NCBI GenBank assembly: GCA_001244265.2
Contig: LN717261.1
Span: 1,937,591-2,001,590, forward strand
Source of the DNA: Microbotryum violaceum
Taxonomy: Eukaryota
Length of the DNA stretch: 64,000 bases
Reading direction: 5' to 3'
The notes beneath the pieces were generated by a model. The model did no database searches. It was not told the DNA's origin and worked only from the letters and a program-made list of their open reading frames with translations. The position numbers were made by a program, and so were the translations under genes. Positions 34,574 through 45,800 of the stretch are shown piece after piece; within the stretch, counting starts at the first letter, position 1; every line of letters begins with the position of its first letter.

Positions 34574-34618
34574 ATACCTTGAGGACGGCGTCGACTCACT
34601 AACCCCGGACGAGTCGTC

Positions 34619-36163
34619 ATGTCAGACGACAATGGACCTCCGGGCCATCCCTCTCTCTCTCACCTTTCGGGCCTCGGGCTGGCACCCAGGTACCAGAGGC
34701 AATTCCACTTCGACACACCCTCGAAAGACTACCCAACCACTCCTCTCTTTTCTTCGACTTCGTCGCTGGGCAGGCTCCCAGGACCACTCGCTCGCGCATC
34801 CTTCACCGTCGAGCGACTCGCAACCATCGCGGAAACTCAACGACTTTATCCCTCTCAATTCAATCTCACTCGAACGATTGACGATCGATATTTGGGGCGG
34901 CTTCTGGCAGAGCACCCCAACTCGATCCTGGTCAACTCCTTCATCTCCGCTTTCCGTACGGACGGATTTGAGCCACAGCATGATGGCAGTCATGCTCGCG
35001 GCGACGATCCCTCCACCGTACGGTTCCCAAAAAGCGAGCACCACCGCAACTTCATTCAAGCAACCATCGACGAAGAAGTTACGAAGCGCTGGGTCTCCCC
35101 GGGCTCCGCGTTCCCTCTACCCGGAGTCACCTACAATTCGATCTTTGTAGTCAAATCGGCCAACCATAGGATGCGTGTGGTGGCAGACCACACCTCCTCT
35201 GGCCTCAACGATGGGATCCAACGATCTGATTGTCCGACGGTGTACGATACTATCATCGATTTCATTCGCCTGCTTCGTTGGCATCGCTTCTCCTCAAAGC
35301 TCCTTACGGACAGCTCAGTCCTCTGGAAGCTCGACGTCTCTTCGGCGTTCAAAATTTTGGTCATGTCCAAGCGTTGGCAGGCGCGACAAGGCATAGCGAT
35401 CAAGCGAAAATTTTCCGACGGCAGCGTGCACACCTGGTACTACATTGAATGGCGCGGCGTCTTTGGCTGCCGAGCAATGCCGTTCCTCTGGACTAGGTTC
35501 ATGTCACTCCTAATGTGGGCGGCCAACAACACCTTTGGCATCGAGCACCCTCTCGCATACATGGACGACGCGTTCGGGATTGATCTGGGAGGATCAATGG
35601 TCCCCTTCGCGCACAATGGGGCGATTCACATAATCCCGGCCCAGCAAGCAGCGATGGCAACGCTGTGGGGCGGCTTGAAGATACCCTTCAAACTTTCACA
35701 AGAGAAGGCACCACACGGCAGGTGTATTACCATCACAGGCATTCGGTGTAACCTGGCCTCATTCTCGGTATCTCTCCCCGAAAAGTCGATATCCGACCTC
35801 ATCACGGAGATCGATGCTTTCCTCCTCGAACCAACCCGTCACCCGACGCTTCGCAAATGGCGCCAAATGATCGATCTCAAAGTCATCCACGTCCATGGGA
35901 AAGAGAACACTCTGGCGGATGACCTCTCTCGGCTGCACGAGGACCAGCTCCTAAAACGCTTCCATCCCTCAAGCAATTCGACCCCTTCATTCCAGGACTG
36001 GAGGGGACGTTGCTATGACCGCTATCAGACGAGAGGACGGACGGATTCTTGCTTTTGCGCCCCGTCCTCTCCTGGAGCATGGCCGTCGAGCGCAGCCCAT
36101 GCTTCCACTTGGCGAACTTCGTCGCCTGCGCGACGAAACCGCCCTCGATGCGCTCGAACCTAA
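34619..36163 (+). CDS. DIRS/Ngaro-type reverse transcriptase; RNase H core apparently deleted
   Basis: RVVADHTSSGLN, LWKLDVSSAFK, VFGCRAMP, YMDD. LRKWRQMI is then joined directly to DLKVIHVHGKENTLADDLSR, the RNase H C-terminal motif. Confidence 0.9.
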   Translation: MSDDNGPPGHPSLSHLSGLGLAPRYQRQFHFDTPSKDYPTTPLFSSTSSLGRLPGPLARASFTVERLATIAETQRLYPSQFNLTRTIDDRYLGRLLAEHPNSILVNSFISAFRTDGFEPQHDGSHARGDDPSTVRFPKSEHHRNFIQATIDEEVTKRWVSPGSAFPLPGVTYNSIFVVKSANHRMRVVADHTSSGLNDGIQRSDCPTVYDTIIDFIRLLRWHRFSSKLLTDSSVLWKLDVSSAFKILVMSKRWQARQGIAIKRKFSDGSVHTWYYIEWRGVFGCRAMPFLWTRFMSLLMWAANNTFGIEHPLAYMDDAFGIDLGGSMVPFAHNGAIHIIPAQQAAMATLWGGLKIPFKLSQEKAPHGRCITITGIRCNLASFSVSLPEKSISDLITEIDAFLLEPTRHPTLRKWRQMIDLKVIHVHGKENTLADDLSRLHEDQLLKRFHPSSNSTPSFQDWRGRCYDRYQTRGRTDSCFCAPSSPGAWPSSAAHASTWRTSSPARRNRPRCART

Positions 36164-37052
36164 AACCCGTTCAGACTACGCTCGCGCACTACGGCAGTGG
36201 ATTGATTTCATCACCTACTATCGTAGTATGGGCCACCACCTACCCTACGACCCCACTGAGGATACTCTCTCCGCCTTTATTTGCCACCGCTATCGGACGG
36301 TATCCTCGGTCTCCCAAACACTCTCAGGCCTGGCGTTCACCTTTCGCCCAAGGCTCGGTACGGAATGGGAAAGGGTTCGCACCTCGCAACTAGTCACGAA
36401 CACGATTGTCGGCGGCATCAAGTTGTGGCGACGCCCTCGGAAGCAAGCCAAACCACTAAGTTTCCGCTCAGTCGCTTTCGCGCTTCGCACGGCAGTGAGT
36501 AACCCTCGTCTTGACTACGACTCGTTACTGTTCGTGGCAATGGTCGCCTTGGGCTTTGCCTCCTGCGCTCGTAGCGCGGAGCTTGCGTTACCATCAACAA
36601 TCCGATTCCGCGACCCGGCCAAGCTCCCACGTCGGAGTACCGTACAAATGAAGGACGGTGGGTTCTCGGTCCATTTACCGTACCACAAGGCGGACCGCCG
36701 CTGGCAAGGCTCGTACCTCTACTTCACTTGCAACACCACCGCCCCCGTTTTCATCACTATTCTGCGTCGCTACCTTTACGCTAGGGATCAAAGGTGCCCG
36801 ACTTCCCCGCTCCTGTTTGTGACGAAGGCGGGGCTCCCACCCACCCGCACCTGGTTTGTCAGCCGCCTGCGTCGCGCCTTTGGACCGAGCTACAGCGGCC
36901 ACTCTCTGCGCTCGGGCGGCGCCACTCACTATGCTCTCAGAGGCCTCCCTGCAGAAGTCATCAAACGTCTCGGTCGCTGGCGCTCCACTGCTTGGGAGGA
37001 TTACGTTCGGGTCTCCCCTCAGCTGCAGCAAGCCCTCCTGAGCTCGGCATAA
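36015..37052 (+). CDS. Tyrosine recombinase (345 aa)
   Basis: CARSAEL (R), YHKAD (K), YSGHSLRSGGA (HxxR), LGRWRS (W), WEDYVR (Y): complete catalytic set. Confidence 0.95.
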   Translation: MTAIRREDGRILAFAPRPLLEHGRRAQPMLPLGELRRLRDETALDALEPKTRSDYARALRQWIDFITYYRSMGHHLPYDPTEDTLSAFICHRYRTVSSVSQTLSGLAFTFRPRLGTEWERVRTSQLVTNTIVGGIKLWRRPRKQAKPLSFRSVAFALRTAVSNPRLDYDSLLFVAMVALGFASCARSAELALPSTIRFRDPAKLPRRSTVQMKDGGFSVHLPYHKADRRWQGSYLYFTCNTTAPVFITILRRYLYARDQRCPTSPLLFVTKAGLPPTRTWFVSRLRRAFGPSYSGHSLRSGGATHYALRGLPAEVIKRLGRWRSTAWEDYVRVSPQLQQALLSSA

Positions 37053-37094
37053 ACCCCGTATCTTCCATCTCCCGATCATCAACAACAATACACA

Positions 37095-38014
37095 TTACGG
37101 GATGCCGGGTTTCATGCCTGATACTGCAACTCGACTCAAATCCCGCTACCTAGCCGCGCTTCTACGAAAGAGTCGATCGCTTTTCGGCTTTTGCTGCAAG
37201 AGTTTGACGCTGAGGACTTTAGCGCGCGCGACTTCAACACCCGCAGCCGTAAGCCGTGCCCGCACGCAGGCCTCTCGCTGTAAGCCGTGCCCGCACGCAG
37301 GCCTCCCGCAGTAAGCCGTGCTCGCACGCCTGCCTCGAGCATAAGCCTTGGCCCGTAAGCCGCACCCGCGCAGGAATCTCCCCAAGCACGCTCCCGCCGC
37401 ACTGGGTCAGTTCCGCACTGCCTGCTGTTGCCGTACCAGTATTCGCTGCGTACCTTTGCCACCTCCTGCCAAGGTTGGTTGCCGTCCTAGATCTCTTCCT
37501 GCCCTCACGCCTTCTGGCTGACAGGTTCCGAGCATCTCACAGGACCTCCCAGCGATACAAACACGCAACTGCCTCCCAGTCTTCTGCCCTGCCAGACTAC
37601 GACGGACAGCTGCCTACTGCGTACGCCTCTTCTTCTCAACCTTCCTTGTTGGATTGTTGACTGACTGTTCATACCCTGTATGCAGCCGTTTCTGCCCTAC
37701 ACCTGCCAGTGTAGCCGCACCTTATTTTCCTGAGTACCGAGTCACGCTCCCGGAGCTAAGGTACATCACTCCCCCGCATCAGGCTCTACCTTTTGGTACT
37801 CCTGCTCACAACTGTCCTTGTTGGGCATGTTGGCTTACTTGGCTACCTTGCGCTACAGACTACACTTGCCACCCAACGTGCCAGCGTTCAGGGTCGGTTT
37901 CCTTCTTTCAAGTGTGTCACGCTTTCCAAGCAAAGGTATGCCAAGCCTCCCAGTCTTTGCAAGCGAGATTTGAGTCGAGTTGCAGTATCAGGCATGAAAC
38001 CCGGCATCCCGTAA
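37095..38014. repeat. 53-bp inverted repeat pair (37095-37147 / 37962-38014)
   Basis: TTACGGGATGCCGGGTTTCATGCCTGATACTGCAACTCGACTCAAATC(C/T)CGCT, one mismatch. Confidence 0.93.
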
Positions 38015-38987
38015 CAAACGGAATGGGTTGAAAGAAAGTACCCACAAGACAAGAGACCCAGAGATCAGAAGAGAGATAATAAAAGAGAGAAAAGATACCA
38101 AAAAGGTTATTTTATTTTATTTTTAGGGTGGGTGGGAGGAGCTCAAAAATAGGACACTTTGCTTGGAAAGCGTGGATGCTATTAGTACTCAGAAATACTG
38201 CAAAGACTGGGAGGCTTGGCATACCTTTGCTTGGAAAGCGTGACACACTTGAAAGAAGGAAACCGACCCTGAACGCTGGCACGTTGGGTGGCAAGTGTAG
38301 TCTGTAGCGCAAGGTAGCCAAGTAAGCCAACATGCCCAACAAGGACAGTTGTGAGCAGGAGTACCAAAAGGTAGAGCCTGATGCGGGGGAGTGATGTACC
38401 TTAGCTCCGGGAGCGTGACTCGGTACTCAGGAAAATAAGGTGCGGCTACACTGGCAGGTGTAGGGCAGAAACGGCTGCATACAGGGTATGAACAGTCAGT
38501 CAACAATCCAACAAGGAAGGTTGAGAAGAAGAGGCGTACGCAGTAGGCAGCTGTCCGTCGTAGTCTGGCAGGGCAGAAGACTGGGAGGCAGTTGCGTGTT
38601 TGTATCGCTGGGGAGGTCCTGTGAGATGCTCGGAACCTGTCAGCCAGAAGGCGTGAGGGCAGGAAGAGATCTAGGACGGCAACCAACCTTGGCAGGAGGT
38701 GGCAAAGGTACGCAGCGAATACTGGTACGGCAACAGCAGGCAGTGCGGAACTGACCCAGTGCGGCGGGAGCGTGCTTGGGGAGATTCCTGCGCGGGTGCG
38801 GCTTACGGGCCAAGGCTTATGCTCGAGGCAGGCGTGCGAGCACGGCTTACTGCGGGAGGCCTGCGTGCGGGCACGGCTTACAGCGAGAGGCCTGCGTGCG
38901 GGCACGGCTTACGGCTGCGGGTGTTGAAGTCGCGCGCGCTAAAGTCCTCAGCGTCAAACTCTTGCAGCAAAAGCCGAAAAGCGATCG
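37174..38987. repeat. ~788-bp near-perfect inverted repeat (37174-37961 / 38199-38987) with internal ~31-bp tandem units
   Basis: Direct reverse-complement match, with one C-run indel seen. GTAAGCCGTGCCCGCACGCAGGCCTC units at 37249-37373 are mirrored at 38788-38912. Confidence 0.95.
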
Positions 38988-39222
38988 TCTGTCTCATACT
39001 TTTTACTACTGCCGGATCTGGGCTCCGAATAACATGATCATGGGGGATGCTACCCAAAACCAGAACATTGGCATTGCACTGCAGCCATAGTCTGCGCACT
39101 ACACTGAGCGCTCTAAACAGTTACCTATCATAAGATGTCATGACGAGATCACAAGAACAGTAGTCAGGCTTCGCTGAAGCATTCGACTTTTCCGACCATT
39201 TATAGGCGCTCAGAAATTGTGC

Positions 39223-41495
39223 TCCGCCCATGTGATCTAGCTCGAATCACTCAGCCCTCTGCGCCTGCACCTCGAAAGAGGTCCGACTGGAACGCGTTCC
39301 AATACAGCAAATATGCCGACAGACTAGCGGCAGAGGAAGGTATCGAGTGTGCATCCCCAATTCAAGCGTTCGTAAACTTCGGAAGTGCCTTGATGAAGTG
39401 CTCTGACATCAAATCTGCTACTCTGCAGTGCCACCCGGCCTGATGGACAGGCAGCCGACCACGACTAGGTATTGGAGACGCATCGCTGGGACAGAAGCCG
39501 ATCGGCTCGAGTGCGCGAAGATCCTTGCTCTCGAATACCCCCCGGAAGAGCGCGATGCGGACGAAGCAAACGACGCGGACAATGTGGACGAGGCTGCTGT
39601 CAGCATCGCATATCAGCGACCTTCTAGTCTGGTCGCGAGTGACAAGGCAGCCGCACTAGCGGCTAAGGAACTGGCCTCAAAACTACAAGAGCTGGTAAGT
39701 TGCAAGCTTCTGGCCCAAGCTGATGGTCCGTCGAAGAACCATGTCTATTATCCTTCTACTCACACAACTTCATTCTCGTACACTTCGTTTATACCTTTGC
39801 CAGGCCGACTCTTATTCCGCGAATTTAATCTTGAAACCTTTGTGCTGGTCGCTTCTAGCCGCGTGGAGCGCCGTGACGATCGCTTCATTGTGTCTTCTCC
39901 AGGAGGGAAAGCGTTCGCGCAGCGCATGGGATGGGACGACAAAGACGGAACGTTCGGGATACTGAAGTCTCTGACCAAGTGTGTGACTGGTCGTTCCGCG
40001 CTCGAGGAACAGGCACAAGATCAGAAGCGGTTAGGTGCGGAACAAAATCTTACCTTGATGAGGCGCGCTCACGCGTCACCGCGTAACCCTTGCTCTTCGC
40101 CCTGTCCACTATTAATGATACGTGGCTTGCTCTGATATTTCCGTAGTCTGGGAGGCCGACGTCAACGACAAGCGGTATCAGCTTGCAGATCTTGTGGAGT
40201 GGTACTCTCGATTGGTGAGACACTTCTTCAGTAAGTACTGTTTGCTTGCTTGCTCGCGATCCCGACATGTCTGGGAGTTTTTCCTCTCCGTCCTGACCTA
40301 ATTCATGCTCTCATTCTCATCTAGCTACCGCACTGCAGAATCGATGCGCTCGAGACCATGTCGCTGTACCCGAAAAACCGCGGTTTTGGTACGATAGGAC
40401 CAAACTTCTTTCTCAGCACGGCATGACTGTCCATTTCAGCGGGGATTTGGGCCTCAAGGACTTCCGCAGTCCAACTGGCACGCCCAAGATGAATTTGGAC
40501 GACCTTCGACGAATTATCCCCCTTTTGCGCGACAAGAAACTGGAATTCAGGTTGGCGCAAGGCCGACCGGCCGACTCTGACAGTTCTGAAGACGACCTGT
40601 GATTGGGGTATTCTTCAGGATGTCCATAACCTCGAGCACTGTGTGACAAAGAGACTTTGGTGTAAGCTTAGGCACTCAGTGGGCGCTATGATGGAAGTGC
40701 AAGGCTGCAGTGTTGCCCCACCGAATACACGGTCGCCGCCTCTCAGTTTGCAGGCTCGATTTGCTGGGGATCAATTTCAATATCGCGGTATTCCACTGAA
40801 AGACTGCCTCTTATCATAATCAAAGAGAAAGGGCTGTACAGTCACTTCAAATCGAACGCTAAACAGCTCGTATCAAGACTATTCACATGAGCGAATGCTC
40901 ACACTTTTACTCGCTAGCCCATTTGTAGCGGACACTGGCCTGCCAGGGGCGACGGGCCACGGCGGCCGGCATAGTGTTCAATGTCTTGAAGCCTCCCCTT
41001 AAAGCCCATCCAAGTCCGACGGCGAGGTATCATCAATCATCGATCACATTATAAACGAAGGCGTGAGACAAGCTTCCAATGAGCGAAGAGAAAAGCCACA
41101 AATGCATCTATACTTAGCCTGACTCGGGGTACGGATCACCATTGGAAATATCTTAGCGTTCAATGCGACTGAGACTGAGAGAGAGATTTAAAGATCAGCC
41201 CGCGCACTCGAGCCGATCGGCTTCTGTCCCAGCGATGCGTCTCCAATACCTAGTCGTGGTCGGCTGCCTGTCCATCAGGCCAGGTGGCACTGCAGAGTAG
41301 CAGATTTGATGTCAGAGCACTTCATCAAGGCACTTCCGAAGTTTACGAACGCTTGAATTGGGGATGCACACTCGATACCTTCCTCTGCCGCTAGTCTGTC
41401 GGCATATTTGCTGTATTGGAACGCGTTCCAGTCGGACCTCTTTCGAGGTGCAGGCGCAGAGGGCTGAGTGATTCGAGCTAGATCACATGGGCGGA
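39223..41495. repeat. 295-bp inverted duplication (39223-39517 / 41201-41495) within a transposon accessory-type gene
   Basis: Reverse-complement match with one substitution seen; peptide RPCDLARITQPSAPAPRKRSDWNAFQ appears on both strands. Confidence 0.93.
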
Positions 41496-42907
41496 TGTCG
41501 TTCTTATCACAGTAGTCGAGTTTTTGAATGTACAAGGCTTGGTCGAACGCGCGGTGTCTTTGGACATCAGCTGAGGGGACGGAGCGTTTAGTCTTCTTGC
41601 TGTGCGCGCGCTCAAACAAGCCTCGAGGGACTTTCGGTGCCGGGATCGGTGCCTTGCGACGGCGTTTCTGGCTGGTGGCGCTGGCTGTCGATCTTTCACC
41701 GAAAGTCGAGGATGAGCTGGAGTCAGGATGCTGCCTAGGTAGGGACGGGTGAGGGGCAGGAATGCCAGCCGGGGCGTTGAGAACGACGGGACCAAACAAA
41801 GACTGCATTGAGGCGTTCATTGAGGATGAAGTATACGGAGGCTGGGAATAAAATCAAATTCGGATCACAATTGACATAGTTAGCATGAGCCATGGCAGGT
41901 AGGGTCCAACTGATCGCCGTTGAACAATCAAGTCGAGATGTGTGCCACAGCACAGCGAAGGAGCAACGCGACCCGACGCGACCTACCAGTGCTTGGATCA
42001 GTCGGTCACGCCCTGTAATACCGCTTGAGGAAGGTGAATGTCGAGAACGTCACTATCACAAAGCAATGAAGCTGAGCAAGCCAAAGATGAACTACAATGA
42101 ACTACTGGGTCAGTCAGATGGTACCTCCATAACAACAACCTGGACGCGTCAAAGTTTCCAGAGCTCCGTGACTCGCGATTGATGTCCACAGCTAAGACGT
42201 GTTTGGACTCACTGGGGACAATCCTGGAGAGTGTTTAACACAGACGATCGGTCGAACGCGCAAGACGGAGGTAGAAGATCAGAAAGAAGCGATGTTGATC
42301 GCCAGGAAGCCTTGGAAGGGACGCGGGTTGCAGCTGCAAACGAGAACACGCGCGTCTGCTCAGCGCTGGCGTAGGCTCGCGTCACGTGAGGCCGTGAGGT
42401 CACGTTCAATTTTGACTAACTATCATAATTTAAGTCACCCAGCCAGTACTAAGTCCTCACGGAGAAGGGTTTTAAACTCCTGATCGAGGCTCCCAGCGCG
42501 CAGACATGTTGATAGTTAACAAGATGCGAGAGATAAAAAGATGTCATGTAAAGGCGATTGTATACTGAAGAGCTTCAGTATGAAGCCATAAGGCCATTGT
42601 GACATCTTTCATCTCTCGTGCCAACTGCTCCGAGACTAGAAGCTCCCAACTATGGTACTGGACCCAAAACCGCCGGGAAACCCGTTAAGAAACGAGGTTT
42701 GGCAAGCGCGCTTCGCGCCGCTACCGGGCGTGTACCTTTGGGCACGCCTGAGGTGCGCGAGTCGCCGCTGCCCAGCGCTACCCGGTGGACTGCCGGTGGA
42801 TGCTCGGGCTCTCTTTACGTCTCATAAGAGCACCCACACCATCTCCTCCCCTCCTCCCCACTTGTGGCCACATTTTTCTCTCGGCGCCACAAGCCTCATA
42901 CATCGAT

Positions 42908-42935
42908 ATGCCTCCCCGATCCTACCCCAACAACA

Positions 42936-42971
<36 letters not shown>

Positions 42972-45559
42972 TTGACGTGACGCCCTCCGCGGATGGGGAC
43001 TCGCTGATCCTGATCGCCTCGGTCGAACAATCCAAGTTCGAATCGCCCGTACCCGGCTCAGCAGGGGATACGCGCAACTTGGGCCTGGCGAAACCGACCA
43101 AATTCCAGTCGATGATTGCGCAGGCTTCGGGGAAAGGGAGGGAAGATCCGTTCGAACAAGAGGACGACGACGACGAGGACGAGGAGGAAGCGGGGGGGGA
43201 GGGCGATGAGAACGACGACGACGAGGAAGGTGGGATCGGGAGAACGAGGAAGAGAAAGAGGAGGTATGCGAATAAACGGAATGCGACCTCGACGGGCAGG
43301 AGGAAGATCGATATCGAGTATATCGATGACAAGGCGAAGCGGCACGTCAGCTTTACGAAACGCAAGCAAGGGCTGATGAAGAAGGTGCAGTCCAGGTCGG
43401 CGTGGCAGTGGATTACTTGGGCGCTTTGGCGCTGAACTCGATCCTTCCGCACAGGCATTCGAACTGAGTACATTGACGGGCACGAACTGCTTGGTCTTGG
43501 TCGTGTCCGAGTCGGGATTGGTCTATCATTACGCGACGCCGGGTTTCGAAGGGATGGTCGAGCACCGAAGGGGCAAGGAGCTCATCGCCGCTTCCCTCAA
43601 TGGAGAGCTCCACAGCGACGACAACATCGACAACCGAAACCCCGTTGCTTTGACGTCGAAAGGATCTGCAAGAAAGAGTAATAGCAATAACGCACAACCA
43701 AAACAGAGTCGAACCTCGTCGGCTCCGACCCCGATCGCCGGGCCGAGCGGTTCGACTTCCAGGACCAACCGAGGACGAAAGCCTTCGACCTCCTCGCCCG
43801 CCTCACCCGACGTCATCATGGTCGACGGCTCTTCCTCACAGAATACTGCGGCGGCCTACACCTCGAACTCGCAAGCGTCAACCTCGTCAGCGGCGGTGGA
43901 GAGGGTTCGTTCCTCCCCCGCAGATGGGCTCGTCGACCCCGCATCCAACGGGATCCTCGGCATCAACCACCTCTTCCAACCTTCCTCCAACGGCGGCCCG
44001 CCTTCCATGGTCGAACTCGTACAACAATCCTTACCCCCTCTAGCCTTCCCAGCCCATTCCGAATCCCACACCTACGCCTTACCCCCTCTCGATCGACCCA
44101 TCGTCCCCGGCGCTCAATCAACGGTCCAAACACCCTTCGAAAGAGCTCTAGGTGAACATGCCCCTGCCCTAGCCCTCTTTCGCGATCAAACCGAAAGGGA
44201 AAGAACGAGGAATCTCGTTCAAGGGCTCAACGTCGCTTCTTCGATGGGACCCCTAACAACGTCCATGGAAGCTCCAGCTGCGATCGCTTCGAGTACGAGT
44301 CGGTATGGGTCGCAGGATTTAATGGAGGCGGCGAAAGGGTGGAAAGGACCATTTACCGTTTCGGTTAGGAGGGCATCGGATACGATCGCCGAGACTCTGT
44401 TGGATGCTTATAATCCGGGTATGGGCGGAGGCGGTGGGGGTGGGGGTGGGGCACAAGCAGAGGCGGAACAGGCGTTAGCGACGGCTCGTGAGGTAGGTCG
44501 TGTGGAACTCTTTGCTCTACCCAAGAGGCTTCGTGCTCATATTTGTATTCCTTTCACGTAGATGCGAACCGTCTCGTCTTTTGTCGTCGCTCACCTCGCC
44601 ACAATTCGGAGAAATGGATCCTTGCTCCCTGCGACCGAATCGACTTTAAAGGCTTTCGGAGAGTGGGTCATCGAAACGGGCATTGAATCCGCTGACTACA
44701 TCGACCTTGCCATTAAGACGTTCCTTACACATAGTCAGTAGCCATCTAACGACGACATGGTGTTCAAAAGGCATGAGAGCGAGCTGATCATCGACGACGT
44801 TCTTCTCGGCCCTTAGCTGCGATCTCCACGAGCTACCTTAACTACGATCAAATGCGGCAACACCTCTTGACATGGTTCGACTATTTGCGCGACCGTCAAC
44901 TGATCACCACCGACGTACACGACGCTTTATCCTCCTTCCATTACTTGCCCCGTGAAGCCAAGCTGGCGTATGGGATCAAGAAATGGATTGAGCAAGTAGA
45001 GAGAATGTATTCGGCTCAGGACCTGGGGGGCATGAGGAAGGTTTCGGGGGTTTTTGAGGTCTATCGCGTGAGGGGAAACTATGTACTTTTGAGGGGAAAG
45101 AATCTGAGTGAGTTACCCACGCGCCCGTCCGGACTGAGAGTGGTCACTCTTTCGTGAAGGTCTTTTAACACCTTCTCCCGTGATTCTAAAGAAGGGAACG
45201 AAGACGAACTGCGTTCGCTCTCCCCCTTCAAAGTCCGTCTACCTCGGGAAATGACCTCCCTCCTCGAGATCGAAGACGAACTCACCCTCTCGATCACCCA
45301 AATTCCCGCCTCGGAGAAGAACCACTACAAACCGCATTGGACCCCTGGGGCATTCCACGCGATCGAGACGTCGTCGAATGCAGATAATGTCGAGTCGGAT
45401 ATTGAACCAGAGGTCTACAAAGAGGAACTGGATAGGTTGTTAGCGAGTGGGAGTGGGAGGAGCGATGGGGAAGAGGAGAAGATTAGGTTCACGAGGGAGG
45501 TGATTGCGCTTCTGGAGAGGGCAAAAGAGTTGTTGAAGCAGGGCGATTTGGTCGATTGA
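42908..45559 (+). CDS. SRF/MCM1-type MADS-box transcription factor with long C-terminal region; multi-exon
   Basis: GRRKIDIEYIDDKAKRHVSFTKRKQGLMKK, intron 43385-43455, then AFELSTLTGTNCLVLVVSESGLVYHYATPGFEGMV..RGKELIAASLN (MADS plus SAM). Acidic N-terminus. Downstream exons are inferred to run to TGA 45559. Confidence 0.88.
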
Positions 45560-45800
45560 ATATTGAGGGTCTGATTTGTTTGCAAATTGTGTAGTGTACG
45601 TTTGTTGCGCAAGGAGAAGGTTGGGTATTCGATAGCAAAACGAAGTTGATCGTAAAAACAGGCTAGGAATGCACAAAACACACAGAAGAGGCTACACAGT
45701 GAAAGCCCATCAACGACGAAAACTTTATTATACCCGACCACAAAATCAATACGCCGTGCCACGACTCTACGATCGTATAAGCCACGCCTTCCACGCCCTC

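Larger units (their letters stand above)
32574..38987 (+). mobile_element. Tyrosine-recombinase retrotransposon (DIRS/Ngaro group) with gag, RT and YR, and a complex 3' repeat region
   Basis: Three consecutive ORFs in gag-RT-YR order with overlapping RT/YR frames, no DDE integrase, and split/inverted terminal repeats. Confidence 0.92.

Noticed and set aside
34302-35150. Additional overlapping 282-aa ORF in the YR element
   Set aside because: No recognisable motifs; Ser/Thr/Arg-rich shadow frame of gag/RT in GC-rich DNA.
37249-37373. CRISPR-like ~31-bp periodic repeats
   Set aside because: Degenerating head-to-tail minisatellite inside a retroelement repeat; no spacers.
37256-38905. ORFs duplicated within the long inverted repeat as real genes
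   Set aside because: No domain signal, non-ATG starts and an indel between copies; likely incidental.
42922-43483. Antisense ORFs over the MADS gene (and similar ones at 341-976 and 50864-51268)
   Set aside because: Mirror frames of GAC/GAG-rich coding sequence.
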